From NCBI GenBank assembly GCA_009779195.1, contig WRET01000005.1:5568-69567 (forward strand): a stretch of DNA of 64,000 nucleotides, read 5' to 3'. Below the pieces are notes generated by a model, which worked only from the letters and a program-made list of their open reading frames with translations, searched no databases and was not told the DNA's origin. A program made the translations under genes and the position numbers. The stretch is from Micrococcales bacterium. Lineage in GTDB: Bacteria; Actinomycetota; Actinomycetes; Actinomycetales; Cellulomonadaceae. The stretch's first letter is position 1; each line of letters starts with the position of its first letter. Shown piece by piece: positions 53,647 through 62,776 of the stretch.

Positions 53647-54216
53647 GTGCGCCAGGTGGTGAGGTCCGTCGCAAGGCTGGCTGCGGGGCTCGTCGTGGTG
53701 GTGGCCACGGGGGCGCTCGCGGTGGGCCTGGTCGTTCCACGCCTGGCCGGGGCCAGCACGTACACGGTGACCAGCGAGTCCATGACGCCGGGGCTGCCGG
53801 TCGGGTCGCTGGTGGTGGTCCGCGGCGGCCAGCCGGTCGCCATGGGTGACATCATCACCTACCAGCGCTGGTCAGGAGCCACGCCGGTGGTGACCCACCG
53901 GGTGGTGGGGGTCGGTATCAGCACGGACGGACGGCTCGCCTACACCACCCGCGGTGACGCCAACACCGCCGACGACCCAGGGTTCGTGCGGCCCGAGCAG
54001 GTGCGAGGGGTGCTGTGGTACCAGGTGCCGCACCTGGGTAGGCTCACCGGGGCGCTGACCGCCTCGCAGCGACACACCGCCGTGATCGTGCTCGCGGGCG
54101 TGCTCGTCGCCTACGCGCTGTGGCAGCTGGTGCAGGCGGGTCGTGAACGCAGGCCCACGCCGCGCAGCGCTCGTCCGCCTGCTCATGCGAGAAGGCACGT
54201 CGGGAGGTTGCTGTGA
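53647..54216 (+). CDS. Signal peptidase I, archaeal/SipW type (S26B)
   Basis: TSESMTPGLPVGSLVVV (the catalytic Ser box), THRVV (the His box), RGDANTADD, and a C-terminal TM helix. Confidence 0.85.
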   Translation: MRQVVRSVARLAAGLVVVVATGALAVGLVVPRLAGASTYTVTSESMTPGLPVGSLVVVRGGQPVAMGDIITYQRWSGATPVVTHRVVGVGISTDGRLAYTTRGDANTADDPGFVRPEQVRGVLWYQVPHLGRLTGALTASQRHTAVIVLAGVLVAYALWQLVQAGRERRPTPRSARPPAHARRHVGRLL

Positions 54217-54992
54217 TGACGGGGGTGCCAGCAGGAGCGGTCGCGCTGTGCCTCGCGGTCGGTGCGTCCCTGCTGGCCTGCCCGATGGGTGCCGCCAGTG
54301 CCGAGCGCGGCACCGTGCTGGCCGCGGTGCCCAGTGCTGCGCCCACGGGGCCGGCCCGGGTCGAGCTCTCCGTGGACGGCACCACCTGGTCGCACGACCT
54401 GGTGGCCGACCTGTTCGAGCCCGACCTGGTGTGGGTGCCCGGCGAGGTGGCCACAGCGACTGTGTACGTGCGCACGTCGTGCTCACAGGCCCAGGGCAGC
54501 GCTGATGTCGAGCTGGACAGTCCTGCCCTGGTGGTGCGCACCCGCGTCTACGCGGGGACGTGGACGAGCCCGCCGTCGTTGTTCGTCGTCGACGCCGACC
54601 AGATAGCCCCTCTCGACGTGGAGGTGACCTACGACCCGCAGGCCGACGACAGCACACGGCTCATGGCCGAACCGCTGAGCATCGTCGTGACCGCGGCCTG
54701 CTACGACGCCACACCCGCGCCTCCCCCCTCGGCGAAGGTGCACCCCACGACGAGTCCTGGTGCCACGAGTCCTGGTGCCACGCGTGCTGGTGCCATGACG
54801 AGTCGCGCCACGACCCCCTTCGCCACAGGTGCCGCGGACCGTCCAGCCGTTGCGGCGTCCTCTGGCCGGGGGCTGGCCAGGACCGGCGTCGGCGTCGCAG
54901 GCACGGTGGTCGTCGTGCTGGCGCTCGGGTTCGTCGGCGCCTGGCTGCTGTCGTTGCGCACGAGAGCCGGGCAGGTAGGCCCAGATGCCTGA
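54213..54992 (+). CDS. Secreted protein with a LAxTG-type cell-wall sorting signal
   Basis: It has a Sec signal peptide and a P/T/S-rich stalk. The C-terminus is GLARTGVGVAGTVVVVLALGFVGAWLLSLRTRAG (LARTG, then a hydrophobic stretch, then a basic tail). Confidence 0.7.
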   Translation: MMTGVPAGAVALCLAVGASLLACPMGAASAERGTVLAAVPSAAPTGPARVELSVDGTTWSHDLVADLFEPDLVWVPGEVATATVYVRTSCSQAQGSADVELDSPALVVRTRVYAGTWTSPPSLFVVDADQIAPLDVEVTYDPQADDSTRLMAEPLSIVVTAACYDATPAPPPSAKVHPTTSPGATSPGATRAGAMTSRATTPFATGAADRPAVAASSGRGLARTGVGVAGTVVVVLALGFVGAWLLSLRTRAGQVGPDA

Positions 54993-55533
54993 GCCGCGAC
55001 GACCACAGGCACCCAACCGGGCGGTGCGCGCGCTCGTGCGGGGGCTTGTGCTCGTCACGGGGCTCGTGGGGGTCGGACTGGTCGGCGCTGCGGCAGCGTG
55101 GGCTGGCTGGTCCGCGCAGGCGAGCGCATCAGGCACCGAGCTGCGGTCGGGGACGCTGGACATGCAGGTCTCGGGACTGGACAACAACCTGGCTGGCCCT
55201 GGCGGGTCGGCCACGTTGCCCACGCTGACGCTGGCCGCCGCCGAACCGGGCGCCAGCACGTCCGCGTCGTTCACGATCAACAACGCCGGGACTGCGACGT
55301 TCGTGCCTGACGTGGTCGGCACCGCCGACGAGCCCCTGACCTCGTGGCTGCACACAACCACCTGGTACGGCGGCACGACGTGCACCAACGGCACGACCAG
55401 CGCCCCCACGCTCGCTGCGGGCGCCAGCACCTCGGTGTGCGTGGTCGTCACGCTGGACTCCGGTGCTCCTGCGTCAGTGCAGGGGACGTCGGCGAACGTC
55501 ACCTTGGCCCTCACCGCCACACAGGTGCGGTGA
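54985..55533 (+). CDS. TasA/camelysin-like exported protein (second)
   Basis: GLVGAAAAWAGWSAQASASGTELRSGTLDMQV follows a hydrophobic signal segment. The rest is a beta-rich S/T/A-rich body. Confidence 0.6.
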   Translation: MPEPRRPQAPNRAVRALVRGLVLVTGLVGVGLVGAAAAWAGWSAQASASGTELRSGTLDMQVSGLDNNLAGPGGSATLPTLTLAAAEPGASTSASFTINNAGTATFVPDVVGTADEPLTSWLHTTTWYGGTTCTNGTTSAPTLAAGASTSVCVVVTLDSGAPASVQGTSANVTLALTATQVR

Positions 55534-56051
55534 TGACGCGCACCGGCGCACGGCCGCTGGCGGCATGGGTCGTCGGGGCGGCGCTGCTCGGAACGTTGGC
55601 GGGCACCGTCGCGCACAACACACCATGGGCACAGGCGTACTGGACCGACACCGCCACTGTCACCAGCGGGCCGTTCACCACGTGGGCGCTGACCAACGTG
55701 TCGTGCCCCAACCCGGCGTGGGGCAGCAACGCAGACCTGAAGTGGCAGGTGCCGTCGGGTTCGTCAGCGACGGTGTCGATCGCGCTGGACCCGACGAGCC
55801 CTCCTGTCACCGGGTTGTCGTACTGGTCGACGAGCCTGGCCCCCGGTTCGCCCCTGACCACGACCGGCGACGAGGCCACGTGGGGAGTGGGCAGCAACAA
55901 CCTCTGGGAAAGTGCCCAGTTCGACGGGACGTGGAGCCTGGTGGTGACCTCCCCTGGCGGGGCCTGGACCGCGACCAGCACCGGAACCTGGAGCGTCCAC
56001 TACGCCAACAGCACAGCCACCTGCACGGTCGACCCGGTCAGCGGCCCTTGA
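55533..56051 (+). CDS. Exported protein with the same AYWTDTAT N-terminal signature (third family member)
   Basis: The N-terminus is MTRTGARPLAAWVVGAALLGTLAGTVAHNTPWAQAYWTDTATVTSGPF. The ATG overlaps the previous stop (TGATG). Confidence 0.6.
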   Translation: MTRTGARPLAAWVVGAALLGTLAGTVAHNTPWAQAYWTDTATVTSGPFTTWALTNVSCPNPAWGSNADLKWQVPSGSSATVSIALDPTSPPVTGLSYWSTSLAPGSPLTTTGDEATWGVGSNNLWESAQFDGTWSLVVTSPGGAWTATSTGTWSVHYANSTATCTVDPVSGP

Positions 56052-56445
56052 GGTCGTCGGGGCCGAAAGGGTCCGCCAGGAGCGTGGACAGCGTGACCGG
56101 GGCAGACGCGGTGGCGACGAGCAGGTTGTCGGCGCCGTGCTCGTGCAGCAGCTGGCGGCACCGTCCGCAGGGGGTCACCACTGTGCCGTCGCCGGTGACG
56201 CAGACCACGGCGACGAACCGTCCACCACCGCTGGTGTGCAGGGCAGACACCAGAGCGCACTCGGCGCACAAGGTCAACCCGAACGACGCGTTCTCCACAT
56301 TGCACCCCACGACGGTCCGGCCGTCGTCGACGAGGCCCGCAGCCCCGACCGGGTAGTGGGAGTAGGGGGCGTAGGCCCGCGTCGCGGCGTCGCGAGCAGC
56401 GACCACGAGGGCGTTCCAGTCGATGGTTGCCGGGTCCACCCGCAC
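56038..56445 (-). CDS. cdd: Cytidine deaminase
   Basis: YAPYSHYPVGAA, CAECALV (zinc C-A-E) and PCGRCRQ are present. Length is 135 aa. Confidence 0.9.
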   Translation of the reverse strand: MRVDPATIDWNALVVAARDAATRAYAPYSHYPVGAAGLVDDGRTVVGCNVENASFGLTLCAECALVSALHTSGGGRFVAVVCVTGDGTVVTPCGRCRQLLHEHGADNLLVATASAPVTLSTLLADPFGPDDLKGR

Positions 56446-56641
56446 CAGGCTACTGCCCCCACCACCAGCCCGGGGCCCGACAACGACAGGACACGACCGA
56501 GTTTTTTGTCTGTCATTGCCTGGAATGCCCCAAAATGCGCTGCCCGCAGTTTCTTCGTCGTCGGTGTGGTCAACCGGCGGTCAGCGCGTCCCATGACTAG
56601 CATCCGGAGCATCTGCCCGCGGACAAGAACAGGGGACTGGT

Positions 56642-59600
56642 ATGAGATCGCGCGCGACGGCGATAACGGTGGTGCTTGCGCTTGTCGTGTTCGCGGCGCT
56701 GAACCTGGTCCCAGCGCAGGCGGCGAACACGGTTCCGTTCGGCATCCGGTACCAGGCGAACGCCAACGGCGCGATTATCGCAATCGGCAACAACCTGCTG
56801 ACGTGCCCCGACTCGGCAGCGAACTGCGCCGCGGCCCGCGCTGGCGGCAACTACAACAACAACAGCTTTACGATGACCAACCTCGACGCTGACGACGTGG
56901 CCTCGACGTTCAACTCTTCGTCCTCGTCGTTGTTGCTGCCTGACGGTGCCGTCGTGCAGTGGGCAGGGCTGTACTGGGGGGCCCGGCTGACGGCGGGCAG
57001 CGGCGGCCAGGCCGGTACCGGCACCCGCACGCAGATGCAGCTGCGCCCTCCCGGAGCCGCGGCGTACATCCCGGTGGCCTCGCAGTTCACGTTCGGGCCC
57101 AACACGTCCAGCTATGGCGCCTACCAGGAGTTCGCCGACGTCACCGCCATCGTCGCCGCTGGTGGGAACGGTCCCTACTGGGGTGCGAACGTCGTCGCCG
57201 CGACCGGTGTGGACCGGTACGCCGGGTGGTCGCTGGTCGTGGCGTACGCGGCCCCCAACATGCCGCTGCGCAACCTGACAGTGTTCGACGGGTTCGACAT
57301 GGTCAGCACCTCGAACCCGCAGACGATCACGATCGACGGGTTCTTGGCCCCCTGGACAGGGCCTGTCGACGCCCAGCTGTCCATGGTCGCCTACGAAGGC
57401 GACCTGTACCAGGCCCCGGACTACAGCCTGCTCAACACCACCCAGCTGGCGACCGCGTTGTCGCCAGGGTCGAACTTCTTCAACGCCACGAACGACACCA
57501 ACGGAACATCGGTGACCACCCGCATCCCGGCTGACAAGAACATGCTCGGGTTCGACATCAAGAACATCGGTGCCTCGGGGGCTATCCCGAACGGTGCGAC
57601 TAGCGCCACGTTCACCTTCTCTAGTGGTGGCGACACCTATTACCCAGGTGTTCTCACCACGGCTATCAGCATTTACTCGCCAGATTTCACGACCTCGACC
57701 AAGTCCGTGATCAACCTTTCGGGCAACAACCCTTCTAGGCCTGGTGACACGCTGCAGTACACCCTCGCTTTCTCCAACACCGGGATGGACTCGGCGCTGC
57801 AGGTCGTCGCCGAGGACGCGCTGCCACCAGGGGTGAGCTTCGTGCCCGGCTCGATCAGGTGGGTCGCGTCGTTCGGTGTCCCGCCGACCAGCCAGACCGA
57901 TGCTGCCGACGGTGACAGAGCCGAGTACGACCCGACGACACGAACGGTCCGGGCCCGTCTGGGCACCAGCGTCACTCCAGCGGGCGGGACGATGGTCGGC
58001 ACCGTGGACGGGCAGGGCACCGGGTCGCAGAACAAGCTGATGTTCAACGTCGTCGTCGACCCGGGAGCCGGTGGCACCACCGTGGCGAACCAGGGGACCT
58101 TGCAGTACCGCACCAAGACAGCCGGTGTGGACGCCACCTATGTGACCAACGTGGCCAGCACCGACGTCGTCGCCCAGGCCGACGTGGCCGTCTCCAAGAC
58201 GATGAGCCCGCGCCCGACGCCGGTCGGCGGCCAGAGCGTGTCCACGGTGACGGTGACCAACAACGGCCCGAACGACGCGACCGGTGTCGTGCTCACCGAC
58301 CCGCTTCCCCCGGGCTTGACGAACGTACAGGTCAGCACAGCATTTGGTGTGACCTGCACTATCGGCGCCACCACGGTCAGCTGCCCGTTGGGGACGGTGG
58401 CCAACGGCGCGTCGGTCACTGCGGTCATCCGCGGCACTGTCCCGTCTGGTTCGACCGACACGTCGGTGACGAACGTCGCCACCGTGTCGACCACGGCGTA
58501 CGACCCTGTGACGACGAACAACGTGTCGTCCGACACGGTCTCCTTGGTCCGCCAGGCTGACCTGGCGATCACCAAGTCCGCCTCCGCGTCCACCGCGCCG
58601 CCTGGCGCTGAGGTCACCTACACCATCACTGCGACGAACAACGGCCCGTCGGACGCCACCAACGTCGTGGTCAGCGACCTGCTCGATCCCTCCCAGCTGG
58701 CGCTGGTCTCTGCTGTGCCGTCCACCGGCACCTGCATCACCCCAGGTAACGGCCTGGCGTGTGTCGTGCCGACGCTCGCAGTCGGCGCGTCGGTGAGCGT
58801 GACGGTCACCGCGACGCTCGACTCGCGCCTGTCGCAGGGCACCGTGGTCTCCAACACCGCCCAGGTGACCTCGGCCACGCTCGACCCTGTCACCACCAAC
58901 AACCAGGCGAGCTCGCAGGTCACGGTCGGTGCCCCACAGGCCGATATCGTGCTGACCAAGACTGCCCCGGCCGACGCTGTGGCTGGTACGTCGATCACCT
59001 ACCAGCTCGACGCGACGAACGACGGCCCCTCGGACGCCACCAACGTGGTGATCAGCGACCCACCACCTGCTGGTGTGACGTTCACCTCGGTGAGCACCAC
59101 CCGCGGTAGCTGTGCCATCAATGGCGCTGGTGCGGTGGCGTGCAGCGGTATCTCGTTGCCCGCAGCCTCGTCGATGAGGGTCACCGTCGTCGGGGCCGTC
59201 GCCCCGGACGCCAACCCCGGACCGGTCACCAACACTGCCACGGCCACGGCGTTCGGCCGCGACACCACCGCGTCGGCGACGACCAACGTGGTGCGGTCCT
59301 TCGACCTGTCCGTGACCAAACGGGCGAACCGCTCGTCCCTGCCTGCCGCTGCGGGCCTGGACGTGGACTACACCATCACCATCACCAACCATGGGCCGTC
59401 GACTGCCACAGGTGTCCAGCTCTCCGACGTCGTCCCGGCAGGTCTTGTCGTCGACGCTGTCACCCCTGCTGCCAGCCTCACGTGCGGGAGCCTGGCGGCT
59501 GTCCCCTTGGTCTGCGGTCTCAACGGTTCGATCCCGCCGGGCGGCAGCCAGGACATCGTCGTGCAGACGCACTCGGCCGCGGACCTCAGCACCGGACCGG

Positions 59601-62600
59601 ACCTCACTGAGACGGTCACCGTCTCCGCGACCGGACAGACCCCGGCCACGGCGAGCTGGACCCTCACGGGGTCTGGGCAGGCTGACCTGGCGGTGACCAA
59701 GACAGCGCCGGCCGCAGTCGTGGCGGGCACCATGGTCACCTACGAGATCACGGTCGAGAACACCAACGACCCGACGTGGGACGACATCACGGCGCTCAAC
59801 GTGGAGCTCACAGACACCCTGCCCGCGGGGGTGACGTTCCTTGCGTCCACCGCACCCGGGTCGCTGACCACCTCAGGGTGCGCAGCCGTGGGGCAGGACG
59901 TGACCTGCGCACTGGCCGCCACCGCTCCGCAGACTTCCACGACGGTCAAGATCTCTGTGCTCGTCGACCCAGGGCTCGCTGCGGGCACCACCGTGGTGAA
60001 CACCGCGACAGTGACATCGACGACTGCTGACCCGTCGCTGGACAACAACAGCTCGACGGTGACCTCGCAGGTCGAGACGAGCACCGACCTGTCGGTCCAC
60101 GACCTCACCGTCACGCCGGCTGGACCGTACACAGGAGCCGGGTCGTGGGTGACGGTCGCTTTCACCATCACCAACGACGCTGATGGTCCGTCAGTGGCCC
60201 ATGACGTGCAGTTCCGCCTCGACTCGGTCGCTGACCTGGGTGTGGCGGTGGACCCGAACCGCTGCGCCATCGCCAACGGTGAGTTCGTGTGCACGATCAC
60301 CGCTGTCGACCTCGCCCCTGGTGAGTCGGTGACCGAGACGTTCGACATGGTTGTCCTCGGGTACGTCGAACCGGGCAGCTACCCCGTCACGGTCTCCACG
60401 TCGACAACCACCCCTGAGACCACCCTGACGAACAACACAGTGTCGGCCAACCTGGTGGTCGGCGCCGCAGGCACGGCCCTGCGGGCTACCAAGTCGGCCG
60501 AAGACACAGTGTCTAACCCGGCTGACGGGCACGCGGCATACACCGCCGGGACCCCGTTCCGCTACCAGGTCGAAGTGAGCTCTCCGAACGCCACACCGCC
60601 AGCCCCGTACGGTGCTGACGCGCAAGACGTCATGGTCACCGACGTCCTCCCAGCCGGGTTCACCGCGACGTCGGTGGTCTCGACCCAAGGCACATGCTCG
60701 ATCGGCGACGACGGCACCGCCTTCAAGTGCTTGCTGGGCACCGTGCCGAGCTATATGCCTACCGCGGCGGCACCTGTGACGATCACCGTGATCGGTATGG
60801 TCGCCTCTGACACTCCCACAGGTGCAGCAGGTGAACAGGTCGACAACGTCGCGACGGTGACGTCGTCCACCCCGGACCTGGCGGGCAACCCGACGTCGTT
60901 GGTGCCTTCGGCTGCCGTCGACATCATCGCCGAGGCGGACCTGCGCCTGATCAAGAACGCCGACTCCAACCCGGTCTACGTCGGCGGGCAGGACAGCTTC
61001 ACGCTCACGGTGGTCAACGCTGGTCCGTCGGTGGCGACCAACGCCACGGTCGCCGACACCCTGCCCGTCGGGTTCGACTACGTGGCTTCCCCAGGGTGCC
61101 AGCAGGTCGGTGGCACACCAGCCACCGGTGTGCAGGTGGAGTGCACGATCGCCGAGGTTGGTCTGGCCGACTCGTCGTCGGTGCGGGTGTTCGTCTCCAT
61201 GGACCCCTTCGGCGGACGGGTGCCAGGGTGCCGACCAGGTGACCCGTGCGACCCGGTGTACCCACGCACGGTGACCAACACCGCGTCGGTCAGCGCTGCG
61301 GCCCTCGACCCTGACCTGTCGAACAACGCCGCATCGGTCGACGTGGAGGCCGACAGGCTCGCCGACCACGCCATCATCGGGTCGGTGAGCACCTCCACAC
61401 CCACGGCTGGGGGACAGGTGCTCTACAGCGCCATGTCGATCAACAACGGACCGTCGGTCGCTGACAACCCGACCGGGGTGACGACCTTCCCACCCGGTTT
61501 CGTGCCGATGGCCTCTGCCCCGCCAGACGTGCCGGGCAACCTCTGCACGTGGGACCCGCCAGCGCCACCCGACCCGCAGGACGTTGCCTGGTCGACCACC
61601 CAGTACACGTTGAGCTGCGAGGCGATCGACGTCCCACCGCTGTTCAAGGTCTTCGAACCCGCTATCCCGGTGTTCAGCCAGGTCGCCATGTGGATCCCGG
61701 CTGACACCCCGCCGGGTCTGTACACGACCAAGGTCGTGGTGGGTACCACCACCCCCGAGTCGGACTACGAGAACAACACGTCGTTGGTGCCGGTCAACGT
61801 CCAGCAGGTCTCTGACCTGTCGGTCACCAAGACTCTCGTCGACCCGATGGTGGCTGGCCGCCAGGCGACGTGGCGCGTGGACGTGACGAACGCTGGTCCG
61901 TCCGTGGCCGACAACGTCGTGGTCGCCGACGCTGTGCCTGAGGGGATGACCTTCGTCTCGGCGAGCGTCGAAGGCGGTGCTGCGTGCTCCACACCGACGA
62001 CGGGCAACGCAGAGTCCGTCGTCAGCTGTCCGGTGGGCCGGCTGGGTGTGGGCGGGTCTGGAACGGTCCTGGTGACGTTCGCCGTCCCCTTGGGCGCGGC
62101 CGGCACCCAGCAGTGCAACGCTGTGCTCGTCGGCTCGTCGTCGCTCGACCCGGACGCGACCAACAACAAAGCCGAGGCGTGCGACGTCCCGGTGCTGCCC
62201 CCAGCGGCAGACGTCGGCGTCGCCATCACGCAGAGCACCTTGTCGCCTGACGGGCAGGAGGCCCGGTTCTTGGTGGAGGTCACCAACAACGGGCCGGGGG
62301 ACGCCACCAGCGTCGTGGTGGAGTTCGACGTGCCCGACGGTCTGACGATCACGTCCACGGTGGTGGCCGCCAGCTCGGGTGCCACCGGCGTCGTGGGGTG
62401 CACCGGCCGCCTGGTCTGCACGGTCGACACGATCGTGCCTGGCGGAAAAGTCGTCTACTCCATCGTCGGGTCGCTCTCACCGACCGCTGGGTCCAACCTC
62501 ACGCTGAAAGTCACGGTCACCCACAACGAGCCTGACCCTGTCGAGGCCAACAACACCGACAGCGCCACGCTCGTCCTGCCAGGCACTTCTGCTTCGGCAG

Positions 62601-62719
62601 ACCCGCCTGCCACCATGGCCGCGACCGGCGCCCCGGCCTTCTTGCTGTTCGCCATCGCTGCTTTCGTCGTCAGCTGTGGGGTGTGGTGGCTGGTCGTCGC
62701 CCGCCGTGCGCGCCAGTGA
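56642..62719 (+). CDS. Giant (2025 aa) cell-surface adhesin-like protein: signal peptide, N-terminal non-repeat domain of about 330 aa, roughly 11-12 DUF11 repeats, sorting-signal-like C-terminus
   Basis: The signal peptide is MRSRATAITVVLALVVFAALNLVPAQA. The repeats start with ADxAxTK and carry TNNGPSDATNVV motifs. The C-terminus is MAATGAPAFLLFAIAAFVVSCGVWWLVVARRARQ. Confidence 0.85.
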   Translation: MRSRATAITVVLALVVFAALNLVPAQAANTVPFGIRYQANANGAIIAIGNNLLTCPDSAANCAAARAGGNYNNNSFTMTNLDADDVASTFNSSSSSLLLPDGAVVQWAGLYWGARLTAGSGGQAGTGTRTQMQLRPPGAAAYIPVASQFTFGPNTSSYGAYQEFADVTAIVAAGGNGPYWGANVVAATGVDRYAGWSLVVAYAAPNMPLRNLTVFDGFDMVSTSNPQTITIDGFLAPWTGPVDAQLSMVAYEGDLYQAPDYSLLNTTQLATALSPGSNFFNATNDTNGTSVTTRIPADKNMLGFDIKNIGASGAIPNGATSATFTFSSGGDTYYPGVLTTAISIYSPDFTTSTKSVINLSGNNPSRPGDTLQYTLAFSNTGMDSALQVVAEDALPPGVSFVPGSIRWVASFGVPPTSQTDAADGDRAEYDPTTRTVRARLGTSVTPAGGTMVGTVDGQGTGSQNKLMFNVVVDPGAGGTTVANQGTLQYRTKTAGVDATYVTNVASTDVVAQADVAVSKTMSPRPTPVGGQSVSTVTVTNNGPNDATGVVLTDPLPPGLTNVQVSTAFGVTCTIGATTVSCPLGTVANGASVTAVIRGTVPSGSTDTSVTNVATVSTTAYDPVTTNNVSSDTVSLVRQADLAITKSASASTAPPGAEVTYTITATNNGPSDATNVVVSDLLDPSQLALVSAVPSTGTCITPGNGLACVVPTLAVGASVSVTVTATLDSRLSQGTVVSNTAQVTSATLDPVTTNNQASSQVTVGAPQADIVLTKTAPADAVAGTSITYQLDATNDGPSDATNVVISDPPPAGVTFTSVSTTRGSCAINGAGAVACSGISLPAASSMRVTVVGAVAPDANPGPVTNTATATAFGRDTTASATTNVVRSFDLSVTKRANRSSLPAAAGLDVDYTITITNHGPSTATGVQLSDVVPAGLVVDAVTPAASLTCGSLAAVPLVCGLNGSIPPGGSQDIVVQTHSAADLSTGPDLTETVTVSATGQTPATASWTLTGSGQADLAVTKTAPAAVVAGTMVTYEITVENTNDPTWDDITALNVELTDTLPAGVTFLASTAPGSLTTSGCAAVGQDVTCALAATAPQTSTTVKISVLVDPGLAAGTTVVNTATVTSTTADPSLDNNSSTVTSQVETSTDLSVHDLTVTPAGPYTGAGSWVTVAFTITNDADGPSVAHDVQFRLDSVADLGVAVDPNRCAIANGEFVCTITAVDLAPGESVTETFDMVVLGYVEPGSYPVTVSTSTTTPETTLTNNTVSANLVVGAAGTALRATKSAEDTVSNPADGHAAYTAGTPFRYQVEVSSPNATPPAPYGADAQDVMVTDVLPAGFTATSVVSTQGTCSIGDDGTAFKCLLGTVPSYMPTAAAPVTITVIGMVASDTPTGAAGEQVDNVATVTSSTPDLAGNPTSLVPSAAVDIIAEADLRLIKNADSNPVYVGGQDSFTLTVVNAGPSVATNATVADTLPVGFDYVASPGCQQVGGTPATGVQVECTIAEVGLADSSSVRVFVSMDPFGGRVPGCRPGDPCDPVYPRTVTNTASVSAAALDPDLSNNAASVDVEADRLADHAIIGSVSTSTPTAGGQVLYSAMSINNGPSVADNPTGVTTFPPGFVPMASAPPDVPGNLCTWDPPAPPDPQDVAWSTTQYTLSCEAIDVPPLFKVFEPAIPVFSQVAMWIPADTPPGLYTTKVVVGTTTPESDYENNTSLVPVNVQQVSDLSVTKTLVDPMVAGRQATWRVDVTNAGPSVADNVVVADAVPEGMTFVSASVEGGAACSTPTTGNAESVVSCPVGRLGVGGSGTVLVTFAVPLGAAGTQQCNAVLVGSSSLDPDATNNKAEACDVPVLPPAADVGVAITQSTLSPDGQEARFLVEVTNNGPGDATSVVVEFDVPDGLTITSTVVAASSGATGVVGCTGRLVCTVDTIVPGGKVVYSIVGSLSPTAGSNLTLKVTVTHNEPDPVEANNTDSATLVLPGTSASADPPATMAATGAPAFLLFAIAAFVVSCGVWWLVVARRARQ

Positions 62720-62776
62720 GCCGTGACCGCCGGTGAGCCGTGCCCGCCGGTGAGGGCTGCGTCGTAGCCTGGTGCT

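Noticed and set aside
56597-59572. A 991-aa ORF on the minus strand, along with many other long ORFs in the track such as 15427-17121 (+), 9864-11753 (-), 24557-26134 (-), 38700-40823 (+), 43650-45593 (+) and 49073-50626 (-).
   Set aside because: They are antisense or out of frame to genes with clear family signatures. Their translations are Arg/Gly/Pro/His-rich low-complexity strings typical of non-coding frames in high-GC DNA, and they have no recognisable motifs.
62719-62776. A short direct repeat GTGAGCCGTG(A/C)CCGCCG x2 after the adhesin stop.
   Set aside because: It has only two copies within 40 nt and no hairpin potential beyond weak pairing. It is most likely a trivial local duplication.
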